Of a stretch of 64,000 nucleotides of DNA, positions 37,316 through 49,348 are shown in pieces (positions within the stretch are counted from its first letter, which is position 1; each line of letters begins with the position of its first letter). The translations under genes were made by a program, and so were the position numbers. Under the pieces are notes generated by a model that ran no database searches, was not told the origin of the DNA, and worked only from the letters and a program-made list of their open reading frames with translations. Source of the stretch: Massalongia carnosa (Eukaryota); contig OZ287069.1 of assembly GCA_965645245.1 (NCBI GenBank), positions 2,294,001 to 2,358,000 on the forward strand, in the 5' to 3' direction.

Positions 37316-37929
37316 ATTGACATTTACTAACCATATCAACTCGTAGGAGAGACGTACACTGGAGGAAACAATTCGAACCCTCCCCTTAAGGAATGAATAA
37401 AAAAGGGAAGAGAACTGTTTCCTCCTTTGGAACTCTTTTGCCATTTTTGACCGAAGATAAGTTGAGTATGTTTTTTGTTTTGCAGAAAAACAGGAAACTC
37501 GGTTATCATGCTATGCATTTATTTATACATACAGCAACTCCCTTTCTTTGGCGAAACAATTTTTTTCAGGAAAACATCTGCGACAGCCATTTCAGGCAGA
37601 ATTTTAGCCTAGTCAAGAGCAGATCTACTGACTATCTCGCTCCTTTATCGGACAGCCCTTTATGGCCTCGTGTATACAATACGTGCGCCTATGCCAGATT
37701 GCCGATAGCCATCACCACCGAACCGTTTCCCCATAACCTGTGCTAGATGGCTTGCATTTATTGCGCCATTTTCTTTTCTCCTGGAGCGAAGGCTCAGCAA
37801 CCTGATGGTTTATATCTTTTCTCCATAACCTGGTATTTCTCCTGTTGCCTCCCCATTCAGCCCATTTGAAATGAGGTTTTATTGAAGAAGACCCAACAGA
37901 AACGTCGCCAGATTCACGATGCGACCTCG

Positions 37930-38435
37930 ATGGTTCGCCCACACGTTCCACGCTCCTCGCTGTCTTCCTCTCCTCCTTCCAAAATCCCTACTCTGAGCTC
38001 GCTAACCAAAGCCCCCCATCTCACAGCCTCTCACTTCCAAAACGAACACCCCACCCCTCTCCTCTTCCTCCTCTTCCCTGCTCCCCCTTCCGCGCCAACC
38101 CTTAAGCCCCCCCCCCCTCCCCCACCTTACAACAACCTTCACGTATCGCAGGCCCAAATTTCTCCATACATCCAGCCTACCTACGCCTGCATGTTCGCCC
38201 CCTTAGCCTTTACGTGAAAATCGCGTTAAACGCCGAAGGCGAGTGAATTCGGGATCACGCTACCTCTTCGACCTACATCATCGAGAGCGGCCAGCTCCAG
38301 CTCTCCATCAGGTCGTTTTGTACAGCCATGCCCTGGGCGCTGGTGCACTCGTTCGCGGTGCACATGAGCCTGGCCACGATGCAGGGTTTCTCGTCGACGT
38401 ATCGCGTGGTTTTCCATGCTCCGGTTAAAGAGTAG
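37930..38435 (+). pseudogene. Degraded small secreted-type protein
   Basis: Frame LYVKIALNAEGE*IRDHATSSTYIIESGQLQLSIRSFCTAMPWALVHSFAVHMSLATMQGFSSTYRVVF with TGA at 38244-38246 and upstream frameshifts; resembles from memory a hypothetical family seen in lichen fungi (not searched). Confidence 0.4.
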
Positions 38436-38588
38436 ACCGGAAGATCTTCCATGTGAGAGATAGATATACAAATAAATAGATACAAAGGTATGAAGGGAGG
38501 TATTAGGTATTAGGTATTGTCGTATAGCTAGCTAGCTAGCTAGCTTGAGTTTGTTGGGGAAGTGGGAGGGGTTTTAGAATCTTCATCT

Positions 38589-38965
38589 GAGTGTGTGTGA
38601 GAGAGAGAGTGTGTGTGAGAGAGAGAGTGTGTGTGAGAGAGAGAGTGTGTGTGAGAGAGAGAGTGTGTGTGAGAGAGAGAGTGTGTGTGAGAGAGAGAGT
38701 GTGTGTGAGAGAGAGTGTGTGTGTGTGAGAGAGAGTGTGTGTGAGAGAGAGAGTGTGTGTGAGAGAGAGAGTGTGTGTGAGAGAGAGAGTGTGTGTGAGA
38801 GAGAGAGTGTGTGTGAGAGAGAGAGTGTGTGTGAGAGAGAGAGTGTGTGTGAGAGAGAGTGTGTGTGTGTGAGAGAGAGTGTGTGTGAGAGAGAGAGTGT
38901 GTGTGAGAGAGAGAGTGTGTGTGAGAGAGAGAGTGTGTGAGAGAGAGAGTGTGTGTGTGAGTGAG
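38589..38965. repeat. Compound minisatellite, 18-bp unit (GT)4(GA)5, ~20 copies
   Basis: GTGTGTGTGAGAGAGAGA repeated, with two variant units carrying a longer GT run. Confidence 0.97.
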
Positions 38966-39237
38966 ATGGAACACCAACTGCCGATTTCGTCATTCTATCA
39001 TCTTTCCTGATCTCGAACTACCAACACGTATCCATATTCCTATCTCTATTCCTTCCTACCATCCTCCCTCTCTCTCTCCATTTCTCCTCCTTAACCTCCC
39101 AAGCTCCCCCGCCCCCCGGTCTGAACAGCCAACCTACCATCCAATTATGCAAAAGCTTAAGACCGAGTGAACCTCTCTCTGCCCACGATACATACAAGAA
39201 CTTCATATTTCACCACTAACCACAATCGCACACGCAA

Positions 39238-41515
39238 TCAACCTCTCACCAGCGGCAACCCCTTGGCGACCCCGAAGATCCGCCGAACCTCGGTGCTCGT
39301 CCACACGGGGTTCCCCTGGTCGTCGACCCTGGCCGCTAGCTGATGATACGCCGCGCGTAGCTGCCCCTTCCATGTGAAGGCGTACGGCGCCTCGCGATGG
39401 CGCGCGTAGGCTTTGACTAGCTTACCGACGCGGACGAGCTGGTCGTCGGATTTTTGCAGGTGCGGAGGGATAGTGGGGGAGAGGGCGGGGAGGCGGAGCT
39501 TGGAGGCGGCGTAGGTTTCTCGCTTTCTTTTGGGTGGGGGGTGCAGTTGCACGGGAACGGGCGCCGCTGGGGCTTGGGGTTGGTGAGGCCCTGGGGGGGT
39601 GGGAAATTGGTTGGGGACTCTTGCGGGCGGTGGGGGAGGGGGGATTTGGGAGGCGTTCGGTGAGTGGATTCTTGCAGGAAAATGCAGGTGCGGCATGACC
39701 AGTCGGGCTGGTACGCTCTGGTGCCGCCGAACACGCCTGCTTGCCAATGATTCTTGTATGTGCATCCCTTGCGCGCGTGCTAGGAAATCTCCGGTTCTTC
39801 GGGCAGGAACATTGTCCGGATTGTACTCGTTCCTAGCTGGAGGAACCTGGGGAGGTATGAGGTGAAATGGAGTGGGATTAATAACACCCTTACAACGTAA
39901 CGGTGACGAGTCTGGTGGAGTAGGTGGTAAGTTCTGTGGTCGATTAGTAGGGTGATGATTTGCTGGCATACGGGATTTGAGCACGGACTGGTCGGGGGTA
40001 AGAACTGTGAGCCGTTTGATTCGGGAAGTGGATTTCGTGCCCTGGCCAAGGTCCCCAAGGGTGTCTATCCATGGGTTTGTTAGTAGGATCTCTATATCTG
40101 CGCCTCTCTTCGTGAAGAGGACTCTTCGTGCCTGCCTTTTCGTAGGCATTTTCTTGATGGAATTTCCGGTTTAGACCCCTTTGGCCCTGTGGAACTTGCA
40201 CATAGTTTGAGTTTCTCTGCTCTCCATAGCAAGTAGATGGAGATGATCCGTGTCGATTATCCTGACTAGGTGGAGAACCCCTTCTATTTCCACCATGATC
40301 TGCCACAATATTCGTCATAGGGCGAACATAGGCTGTAATTTTCAGATCCTGTAGTAGTTGGCTCTTCTGTCCATGACCAGCTTCAATGGCTGGTTTAGAA
40401 CGGCCATCTTCATGTAGAGGCCTTTTGGCTACCTCAGCAGCTTTTGAGAGTTCGGCTGGTGCTTGAGAAGGTTGTTCAGCTTGAGAGTGCAGCTTGTTCT
40501 TAGTTCGATATTACTGACTCTTAATCTTCTCTAACTTCAGAATCTATCGCTTTCTTTTCTTCCTCTAATCTATGAATCTCCTTGGTGTCCTGCTTCTCCT
40601 TCTCTCCCTGCCACAATCTCTTCTCATTACGTAGTTGTTCTTTTAACAGGCCGAACTTTCGCTTCGTTTTATGATACGTATCACGGTAGTGGTTTGCCAT
40701 CTCGATTTCTTGAAACCTATCTTTTTCAATGGCGTGAGTCAATCTTTTAGGAGAGGGTTCTTGGGAAGAGCGATCGAGTATGACTTCAAGATTTAGAAAT
40801 GTTAGCAATTCATACAAGCGTAGAATAGAAGGCGGAGTTTACCTGCTTCGGCGTTGATGACAGCTACATGTATCGGTGGGGACGAGACCAAAGCTCTAGA
40901 TGATGAAAATTACGAAGTGGCGAGATCGATATGGTGTTAGCATGTCGTCTAACAAGAAAGCACAATGATTTGTTGCAACGCTCTCCTTGTCTCTGGCTCG
41001 CTCATGCGTCGTCTTGCGTTTTGGCAATTCTCTTCGTGGTTGCATGGCTGAGAGATCCTCGTTGGAGCCTTCATGATTGATCCTAGACTCATCCCCTTTA
41101 CCGATCGTGATCTTTGGAACATTCCGCTTCTTCGCAGAGCATTCAACAGTAGGAATGAGAGCCGCTCGTCGTATGTACCGACCCCTTTTAGCCATAGGAA
41201 CTCTTGATGGTGTCTCTTTTATACTAACGTCAGCTCCTTTTCATGCGTAGAGAAATCACTCCTTTCTCTTCCCAACCAACCAGTGTAACAAACTTCCGGG
41301 ATAATAATACCTTGCCAGCATGGGTTCACCATCAACTCATGCGTATTTTTTAAGCTATTAGATTTTTTTCTCTTCATACCCTTCTTAGAGTTTTTCGTTG
41401 CTGGTATGGATGACGGACTTCTACACCGATCGACAGGTGTCATAGCTCGATGAGTGGTCGGCTGAGAGGATTGCATTTTCCGATATTCCTTCAAGACCAA
41501 GTCACCACTTTTCAT
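39238..41515 (-). pseudogene. Hypothetical protein (coiled-coil and Pro-rich segments), fragmented
   Basis: Co-oriented ORFs 41219-41515, 40896-41195, 40521-40817, 39944-40318, 39238-40149 in changing frames; not all joins explained by introns. Confidence 0.4.
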
Positions 41516-42441
41516 TGTCCAAAGTCATAGTACAAGATATCTGTTCGTGCACAAGTTAAGCTGATCCCAGAAGATAGACCTCTCGCAAGGAACGGTACCT
41601 ACCCTAGTAAAGCTCAACTGGAAGACTACAATAAATGGCGTAAAGAAATAGGAGCAAGAGGTAAGCAAAAGATCTAATCAAAGTAGAATAAGGGAATAAA
41701 GGGTTTCAATAGCGACATAAAGAGTCTAAAAAGCTCGAGTGTGAGAAACTAAATGCGCGGGTCACAGTAGAAAACGCGAATTTCCTATCACCCCCGGCGC
41801 TCTAGGCGTCAGGGGCGGAATTCCCAGGCGTCGCATTAGTGGGGATCCGGGCTTCTCTAGGCGATCATTCAAGCTAAAGAGCCTAGAAAGTAATAGGAAA
41901 TATGACAACTTTCCAAGGTGCGTAAATTACCTCCCTCATAATCCCTGTCTCATAATGATCGGATCACAGTTGACGATCTCTTCGTCTCCCTTGCAGAATA
42001 CATTATTCTTTCCAGATGAAATATCGGCTGAATCACCCCATAGAAGGAAATTTAAAGATATCAGTTGTTCATGCTGGTGCAAATTGTCATTGCAATTGAA
42101 CCGACAATTTAGGCGTTTCCAGGCTCTTCCTCTAATGGAGGCCTGCGGGGCCTGCTCCGGGTAACTAGGTCCGATCCCGGTAAGTGTTCGGGGAGGTTGA
42201 ATTTCGGGTTCCTAGCGGAGTCGATAGTTAGAGCGCCCCTATACTTTCGTAAACATGCCTACCCCTCTGGGCCTCCTGGTTGCGGGATGTGTTCAATAAA
42301 CGCTGTAATATAGCAAAAGAAATACACACCTACGCACAGGTTATCAAAGCCGAATGGCAAAAAAGCGAGATTATAAGATGTCAATAAGATAGTTTACGAA
42401 GCCTAGCAATTCACCAAAAAACAATCCCTCAACAAGTCACC

Positions 42442-43671
42442 TCATCTCTCAGCCTTCGTCCTCGTGTTCTCCAGCTTCGTTACCAAGATGTCTTCAGCCC
42501 CACATTCTATCAAATGGTCCATCACCGTGGCGATGCACTTTGACTCCACCATCACGCTCACTGCTACCCAGCTCGAATTCACCAGATTCGTGACCGTCGG
42601 CGCCTTCTTCCCAGGAGCGATTTCAATGGCTGTTTCCACCAAGGAGGAATCAATGTTGAAAAGACAGAGGACGTATTTTTGTGCAGCTAAGACGAGGAGC
42701 GGAAATTTAGCGAGATTTACGACTGAAATGAGGATTCAACCAGGTAGGGTTATGAAAAAGGTATTAAAGCTTTTGCGAGAAGCTGGGGGGGTCTTACTGA
42801 TGACGCCCTCAATCCGAGCGGTTATTGATCCTATAAGCTTTGGGTTCGATGGACTTCTAGATTTTATTAGGACGGCGGTACTCTCTAGGACCGTGTCGAG
42901 AGCTTTGAGGCCCGCTTCGCGCATGGTATTCCCGGATTCTGATACACACTCCAGTCAACTTACAGACTCGGTTGAGGGTAGTGAAAGCCTACCCACAAGA
43001 TCCACAACCCCGTCCGCCATGCCTAGCGCGCAAGACGACTCAACGGAGCCGGTCATGGCTCGAATCGAAGTCTGCAAGGGCTTCCCGGTTCTAGTATGGT
43101 TCTCCGGCGTACCGTTAACTTCCAGCGCCTCCAGCTGCGCAAAATACTTTGACGTCAGTCCCACGAAAGTCGTGCGGATTCTCTTCCCAACCAGGTCCTT
43201 CCCACTTGTGTATGGTCCATCCTTCGGCACTTGAACTTGCAGTTTACAGCTCCCGAACCCCATATCCAGAACCTCTTCTGCCCCCATGGTCTCCCCCGGA
43301 GGCAGCTGTGCTTCGCACTCCGCCATTTGGTCTCTCCCCGTAATGCCCAGATCTACATGACCGTCCGCAACCGCGCCTGGGATATCTGCCGCCGGAAGGA
43401 AAATCAGAGCCATATTATGGTTGACGACCAAGGCGATGTCGGCCCGGTCTTTTTTCAAGTACTGGATATCTGAGCCAGCAAGCACTTTAAGGGCCGCGGT
43501 ACACAAGCGGCCCTCTATGAAAATTCCTTGAGCATCAAATTAAGCGTAGTGGAGAAAAGTGCTTACTTTTTGGCACTGCAAACAGCAAACGACCTTCTAG
43601 GCTAGTCAACTGGTCAGAGTGATCGTCCATGGTCATGCGCGAGTGAGAACTTACTCGGCGAAGTGAGTCAT
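42442..43671 (-). CDS. HIS1: ATP phosphoribosyltransferase
   Basis: Spliced start MTHFADLEGRLLFAVPKKGRL; FLPAADIP, VDLGITGRDQ, GSVESSCALGMADGVVDLVE, TMREAGL, APGKKAPTV, GAEDILV. Confidence 0.97.
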
Positions 43672-44173
43672 GGCAGCGACTTTCGGGGCTGTATTAAATA
43701 AACGAGTAGAATCAAGTCCAATGCTCATGCGTTGTTAGTGCCTGAATAAAATAAGTTTAATAGACGGTTGCGGAATCCACTTGTTCAATTAGGTGAACGT
43801 CAGGATCGGATGGAAAGCGCTCAAGTTCCATCACGCGGAGCAAGAAATGCACCATTGAGATTTCATACCGAGCATTAACTCCAAGCCCTGTAGATCATCA
43901 TTGGAATCCCTATGCATCGACACATGCGATGATGAATGGATGAGCAGTAGTGTTATCGCCAGGATGTTCTTTGAATGCGCGCAATAAGGCCTTACCGGAA
44001 CCCCCGCACCAACCGCTTTCGGAATTTTGGATTTGTGCGCCCGTGAAAAAATAAGCGAAAGCCTTCAAAGCCGCACATCAATATCCCAATATTTACGAAA
44101 CTCCTCCTCCGCAACTGCATCTCCAATCGACTCATCAAGCTGCTAGCAACATCCATACCAAGAGAACAAAAAC

Positions 44174-44687
44174 ATGGACGCGTCAAAAGTCCAGGTCAAG
44201 CTCGTCAAAGTGACCCGGGTAAGTCCTCCCTTCCCCTCCTCCGCTGTCTGCCCTAGTAGTCCTTTCCTAGTCCGGAGCATATTAGCTAACACACTTCAAC
44301 CAGGTCCTCGGTCGCACCGGTAAGCAAAATTCCCTCGACGCCAAAATTTTGGAGTTTGTGCTAAAGTCCCCACTTCCCAATAATAGGATCCCGCGGCGGC
44401 GTGACACAAGTGCGTGTAGAATTTATGGACGACACAACGCGAAGCATTATTCGCAACGTCAAGGGGCCAGGTATGATAATATTTCCTTCGTTCTTCTGTT
44501 TGTCTTCCGTCTATTTCCCCCTATCCCTTTATCGTCCCGTTTCCCCCTTCATTCTATGAGCTGGTGTATCTCAATTCCCCACTTTTCACTCCAACCCCCC
44601 GCTAACCCTTCACCCTTACATATAGTACGCGAAGATGACATCCTTTGCCTTCTTGAATCCGAGCGCGAGGCGCGCCGGCTACGATGA
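44174..44687 (+). CDS. RPS28: 40S ribosomal protein S28 (eS28), 4 exons
   Basis: [68 protein letters not shown]. Confidence 0.99.
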
Positions 44688-45327
44688 TGTTTCTTTTCGC
44701 TCCTCTCATGCTTTCGATTTTTGGGAGGAAAGGGGCCTACTTGTGGGTGGTTTTGTTAGGTTGACCTAAAAGATTACGGAGAGTGGAGAGAGGCTAGAGG
44801 AGGAATGCGGCTTGGGGGAGGTGGGGGGGCTCGCTGGAGACCCGATGTTGTAGGTAGATTTCACGAAGTGAAACGGCGTGGTTAGTTTACTTCAGCTAGG
44901 ATTCAGTCATCCTGAATATGCAGGTGCAATGAAAAATTCTTGCTTCACGCTTTCAAGGGCCGAATTTCAAAGAACGCAATGTCGTAAACCTGTCTTCTGT
45001 TTCCTAACGGAAGCGTGTTCTTGCGCATTATGTACGGATCGCGTTCCCATTTTCAACTAAACCCCAGCGTCCCAGATAGTCGAGCCTGAAACTACCCCAG
45101 GTATTTGGAACAAGAGCAAGCTAAACCAGGCATAAAATACACAAAGTGTAATCGACTGGGTGCTACGCTGCAGAATCATACATAGTGCCTCCTTTAGGAA
45201 AGCCTACTTACGTATGAAAAGGCAACAAAGATATGACTTAGTGTGGTCAGTAGAAGCTCTCAACCGTGACCACAATCTCTCGCCGGATTATGCCTATTGA
45301 ATGGCGTATGTTCTCTGAAACATGTAA

Positions 45328-46848
45328 TTATTCGATGAGGTCAGGAAGATCCTGAGCTTGAACCTCGCCTTGTAAAATACCTGATGAAGACGTGTTAGCT
45401 CGCCACAACTTGGGAAATACGAGAATACGCACGGTACACAGCAACAAGCAACGGAAACTCATCCTCCTTCCCCTTGGCCTTCAATAACTTATACACCTCC
45501 TTCGCCGTCGAGGTTCCTTGCAGCATCTGCCCGTTTAGCTCCTCTTTCTCCACCTGATCGATACTAACTCCCCTCTCCACACTAAGCTTTGCGCAGCGGT
45601 AATTCCGCCCGCCGGAGCAGCTCGTGATTAGATCCGCCACGCCTGCGCTTTCCTCGGTGAACGTGGCTGCCTTGACCGAGTCTGAAAAAAAGACCTTGCC
45701 AAACTTGACCATTTCCAGAAGGCCGACGCGCATCACCGCCGCTTTCGCGTTGTCACCCCAGCCAAGGCCAGAGACAAAGCCCGCAGCAAGAGCGACTATG
45801 TTTTTGAGGCCGCCGCTGAGGGAGACGCCAGCTACGTCAGAGATCACACGAACATGAAAATAGGGGCGATGGAAGAGAAGTCGGAGTAGGTTGTGATCCA
45901 CGAAGGGTAGTTCCGATGGCTGAGGGATGAGCTTGACTTTCGATGTCAGCCCTTTTGAGTTTTTATGTTCAGTTAGCTGCGTAAGGTCAAGATGGGAGGA
46001 TTGAGGGGTTGGCCCTTTTGGCGTGGTTGCTCTTGGGGTAGGGTTCCGGGAGTCCATTGGTGGTGGATCATAGCCAATTGTGGTTTCGGAGAACTTCTCT
46101 TGAGCTACTTCGTTGGCGATGTTTGCACCAGAAAGTGCACCGCAGTATATTCCTAGTTTTTCCCCAATGGACTCCGAAAAGAGACTCACATCGTCGCTTG
46201 ACACGTTGACTCCCTTAATACACGACACTCCACGAGCATAAGGCACTATGTGTCCTTTCATCTGGTCACAGAGCCCACCGATGAACTGATGTGGAAGATT
46301 AAAGATTAGGATGCTAGACCCCTCCACCGAATCCTTTAATGAAGGATTGGCAAAGATATTGGTCGGTAAGGCTATTCCCGGAAGGTATTTAACATTCTCG
46401 TGGAAATGGTTGATCAGCTTCGTCAGCTTCTGGGGTTTCGTAGAATACTCTGAGGAAGCTTCATAGTGTTTAGAAGTCTTAGGGATGGTGGTTTCCTCCT
46501 CGTACACCCACATCTGTACATCAGGCTCGAAGAGGTCAGGGTGTTCCTTTGTGTTCTCCGCGACCATCTTAGCGATGACGGAACCCCTCCATGTCGGCAT
46601 CAGCAGCCTTCTCGCTGAGAGCCATAGTGGCTAGACCTAGTATAAGCTCACCAATTTCCAGACCCAACGACTGTCACTTTGTGCCTTTTCTCATGGGAAC
46701 CAAGAGTAGCCATGCTGTTCGAAGTCGGAATGATTCGTGTCACTGCTGAAAACCCTTTAGTTGGTTTGAAAGTATGAGCTGCAGAAAAAAATGAAGTGCG
46801 CAGTAGGGTGAAGTTGATGATTTTGGAAACTCCCAACGTGGCTCTCAT
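45328..46848 (-). CDS. GPD1: Glycerol-3-phosphate dehydrogenase (NAD+), 3 exons
   Basis: [46 protein letters not shown]; second in-frame ATG at 46713; TAA 45328-45330. Confidence 0.97.
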
Positions 46849-47716
46849 TAAAAGCTATTTTGACATTTAATCACAACTGATTTTCGGTTACGGCCCACAA
46901 CCAAGTCTCCTCTCATGCGTTACTCCGGCTCTGTGTTGTTGAGATTGTTCGTTCTACCCCTGTCCACTTCATGGCGGTACAGAGGGGAAAATGGAGCTTT
47001 ATTCGCCTTGACAATCAAGGTACTTTAGCTGTCTAAAGAGGGATATGTCAGACGTGCATGCAACTTTTACCTGATTACAGTTTCGTAACAGAGCCACAAG
47101 CGCCACCTTCAAAGCCTTAAAAATTGAAAGTGGCTCAAGACCAACTGCAGACGATACCTAACTACCTACTTCCGATAACCCTAAGCTAATTAGACTGAAC
47201 AGGTACAACCTATCTCAGATATAGTTCCACGTATATCTCATGAAGGAAATGATCTTGGCTTATATGGCTTTATCCCTAAGTGTTTGAATGTCAAGCCACA
47301 AGAAGACTGTATCTACCGCCATAAAAAATCTAGCATACATGCTCATGCATCTGGCCACTGGCTGATGAGGTTCTTCAGGCATTCTATCATCCAAACTCTT
47401 CGCACTTATGCAACGGAAATGTGATTATCGACGTAATCACATTCTAAGGGAGAGCCTGCGAATCAATCGTTTGATGCGCCTGTACACCTTATGATAACCT
47501 AAATGCTCCAAGAAATTAGCGAATATTTGTATGAGTAACGATGAAACATGCCGGGTGCTTACCATGAATGCTCAATATAGTTGAATACATTCATAAAGCA
47601 GCGTATCAATTATACAGTTCATCGATATAATCTATCTGAATGAAATTGAATGGAAGTCATTGGAGTTTTGTTCTGGTGGGGAGCGCGGTTTCCTAGCTTT
47701 GTTTACTTATCCTAAT

Positions 47717-48727
47717 TCAAGAGTTTGCCACTGATGCAGTGAGCCTAGCAGCCTCAAAATTCAGTTTGGCTGCTTCTTGCATCAACCTAGCAGCATGCTG
47801 CATTAGCCTAGCAGCTTCCACGCGTGTATCTTGAGGTGTTCTAGTCGGTTGCTCAGTTTGAGAAATGGCAAACTGATTAGGTTGTAGATTTGGTGGCTGA
47901 GGCTCCCTATTGGAAGGTTGGACTTGTGCTCCTGATAGCCCTGGTCTGGAGAAGTTGTTTCTAAGATTTGGGTCGATGATTACTTCATCTCGATGCTGGC
48001 CAGCAAGGTTTCGTTGTTCGGATCCGAATCCCGCTCCTTCATTGGGGGCTGATGGACCATGGTCGCTGGAACACTGATCATAAGTATGGCCAGTTTGAAA
48101 GCATCGGGTACACTGATGTTCTGGCCCAGAGGGATTCTCACCACCCGAGTCAAGTTGCATTCCGCTGTCATCGTTATCCATAGCATCTGTGCGCGAAGAA
48201 GCATCAAAGTTATACCCTCCTGGGAAAAGCACAGGACAAGTTTTCTTGCTATGGCCCATCCGGCGACACTCCCTACAAGGGCCATGAGGCTTACCACCAA
48301 GTGCCCTTTTCACTTTTTGAGCTTGACGTAAAGGCAGGTTCTGGCCATATTTTCGCTTCACTGCATCGATGATTATTGTTGTTGTTATAGGCTCCTCCAT
48401 ATCAATGATTTTTGGCACTGCCTCAACAAGGAATTTCAGCTTGCCGGCTTCGGGCCGTTTGATAGTCTGGGAGACCAAGTGTCCGGAAGTAGACACACAA
48501 TTGTGGACATCTTCGCAGGTGGTGACTCTTGCGTTTCCTCGCTTTTCGCTGTAATTGGCACGGATTCTAAAGGGACAATCCGGGCTTGACCGACAACCTG
48601 CACGGACTCGATGGCTGTCGCTGTCAAGGATATGAGGAGTGAAATTGCGTTCAATGGCCCAGTCACGCAAGGCTTGCTTGAACTCTAAAAGAGTGGTGAA
48701 GATTTGCCCTTCGTCAATAGGAGGCAT
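47717..48727 (-). CDS. MuDR N-terminal/WRKY-like Zn domain + two CCHC knuckles; probable domesticated Mutator-derived protein
   Basis: IDEGQIFTTLLEFKQALRDWAI, C-x4-CPFRIRA..HNC, CRECRRMGHSKKTC, CTRCFQTGHTYDQC; no DDE domain and no TIRs seen; intact single exon. Confidence 0.8.
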   Translation of the reverse strand: MPPIDEGQIFTTLLEFKQALRDWAIERNFTPHILDSDSHRVRAGCRSSPDCPFRIRANYSEKRGNARVTTCEDVHNCVSTSGHLVSQTIKRPEAGKLKFLVEAVPKIIDMEEPITTTIIIDAVKRKYGQNLPLRQAQKVKRALGGKPHGPCRECRRMGHSKKTCPVLFPGGYNFDASSRTDAMDNDDSGMQLDSGGENPSGPEHQCTRCFQTGHTYDQCSSDHGPSAPNEGAGFGSEQRNLAGQHRDEVIIDPNLRNNFSRPGLSGAQVQPSNREPQPPNLQPNQFAISQTEQPTRTPQDTRVEAARLMQHAARLMQEAAKLNFEAARLTASVANS

Positions 48728-49348
48728 CCCTATCTCGGAAAAGGTCTTCCAAGGAAGTATCGTTTATTTTAGGGGTCAGGTAGGGCTAGTAAGCGGATAG
48801 ACGTAGCTGTGGCATTGTCAGCGAAATACAAATAATACTGCACAACAGGAGTCTTTTTGCCTCGTACAGACCTCGAATCAAATCAAATATTTTTCCAAAG
48901 AGCAATCCGCAAGGCCGGTCACTTGTTGATCAATGAAAGAGCAACCAATCTTTGGTACTCTGAGGTTAAGAAAACGGTATCTGGGGGAAGAAAATGATGG
49001 TACGGAGTAGTGTAGACGTGAATGCGGAGGTTGATGGCATCAAAGATGTCGGGCGGGCGAAAGGCTTGTATTTTGGGTGGTCGTTACGTAATCATATATG
49101 AACCTTCGAATCACCTTTCAGCAGAAACAGAGAATTCGCAGCAGTTCCTATCGTTAGTTACTCTTACCGTTTCGCTGCAAATCTCCTATTTTCTAATCAT
49201 TCTTGTTGATCTGATACAATATGAATAGCATTGGCTGGTGCCGACTCTCTTTCTAAGTCTCCTTCCTCAAGCTCGGCAAGAAGCCGTCTTCCTTTTCCTG
49301 GTGTTCTCTTGAATCCTTACTGCAAAACAACCTACATTCTCAAGCAGC

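Noticed and set aside
38540..38993. SHTHSL / CERESV repeat ORFs
   Set aside because: Translations of a dinucleotide minisatellite.
42464..43234. 256-aa antisense ORF over HIS1
   Set aside because: Shadow frame of a conserved gene, non-ATG start, no recognisable motifs.
47170..47190. TAACCCTAA as a telomerase RNA template
   Set aside because: Isolated 9-mer in a short intergenic region; no pseudoknot or other support seen.
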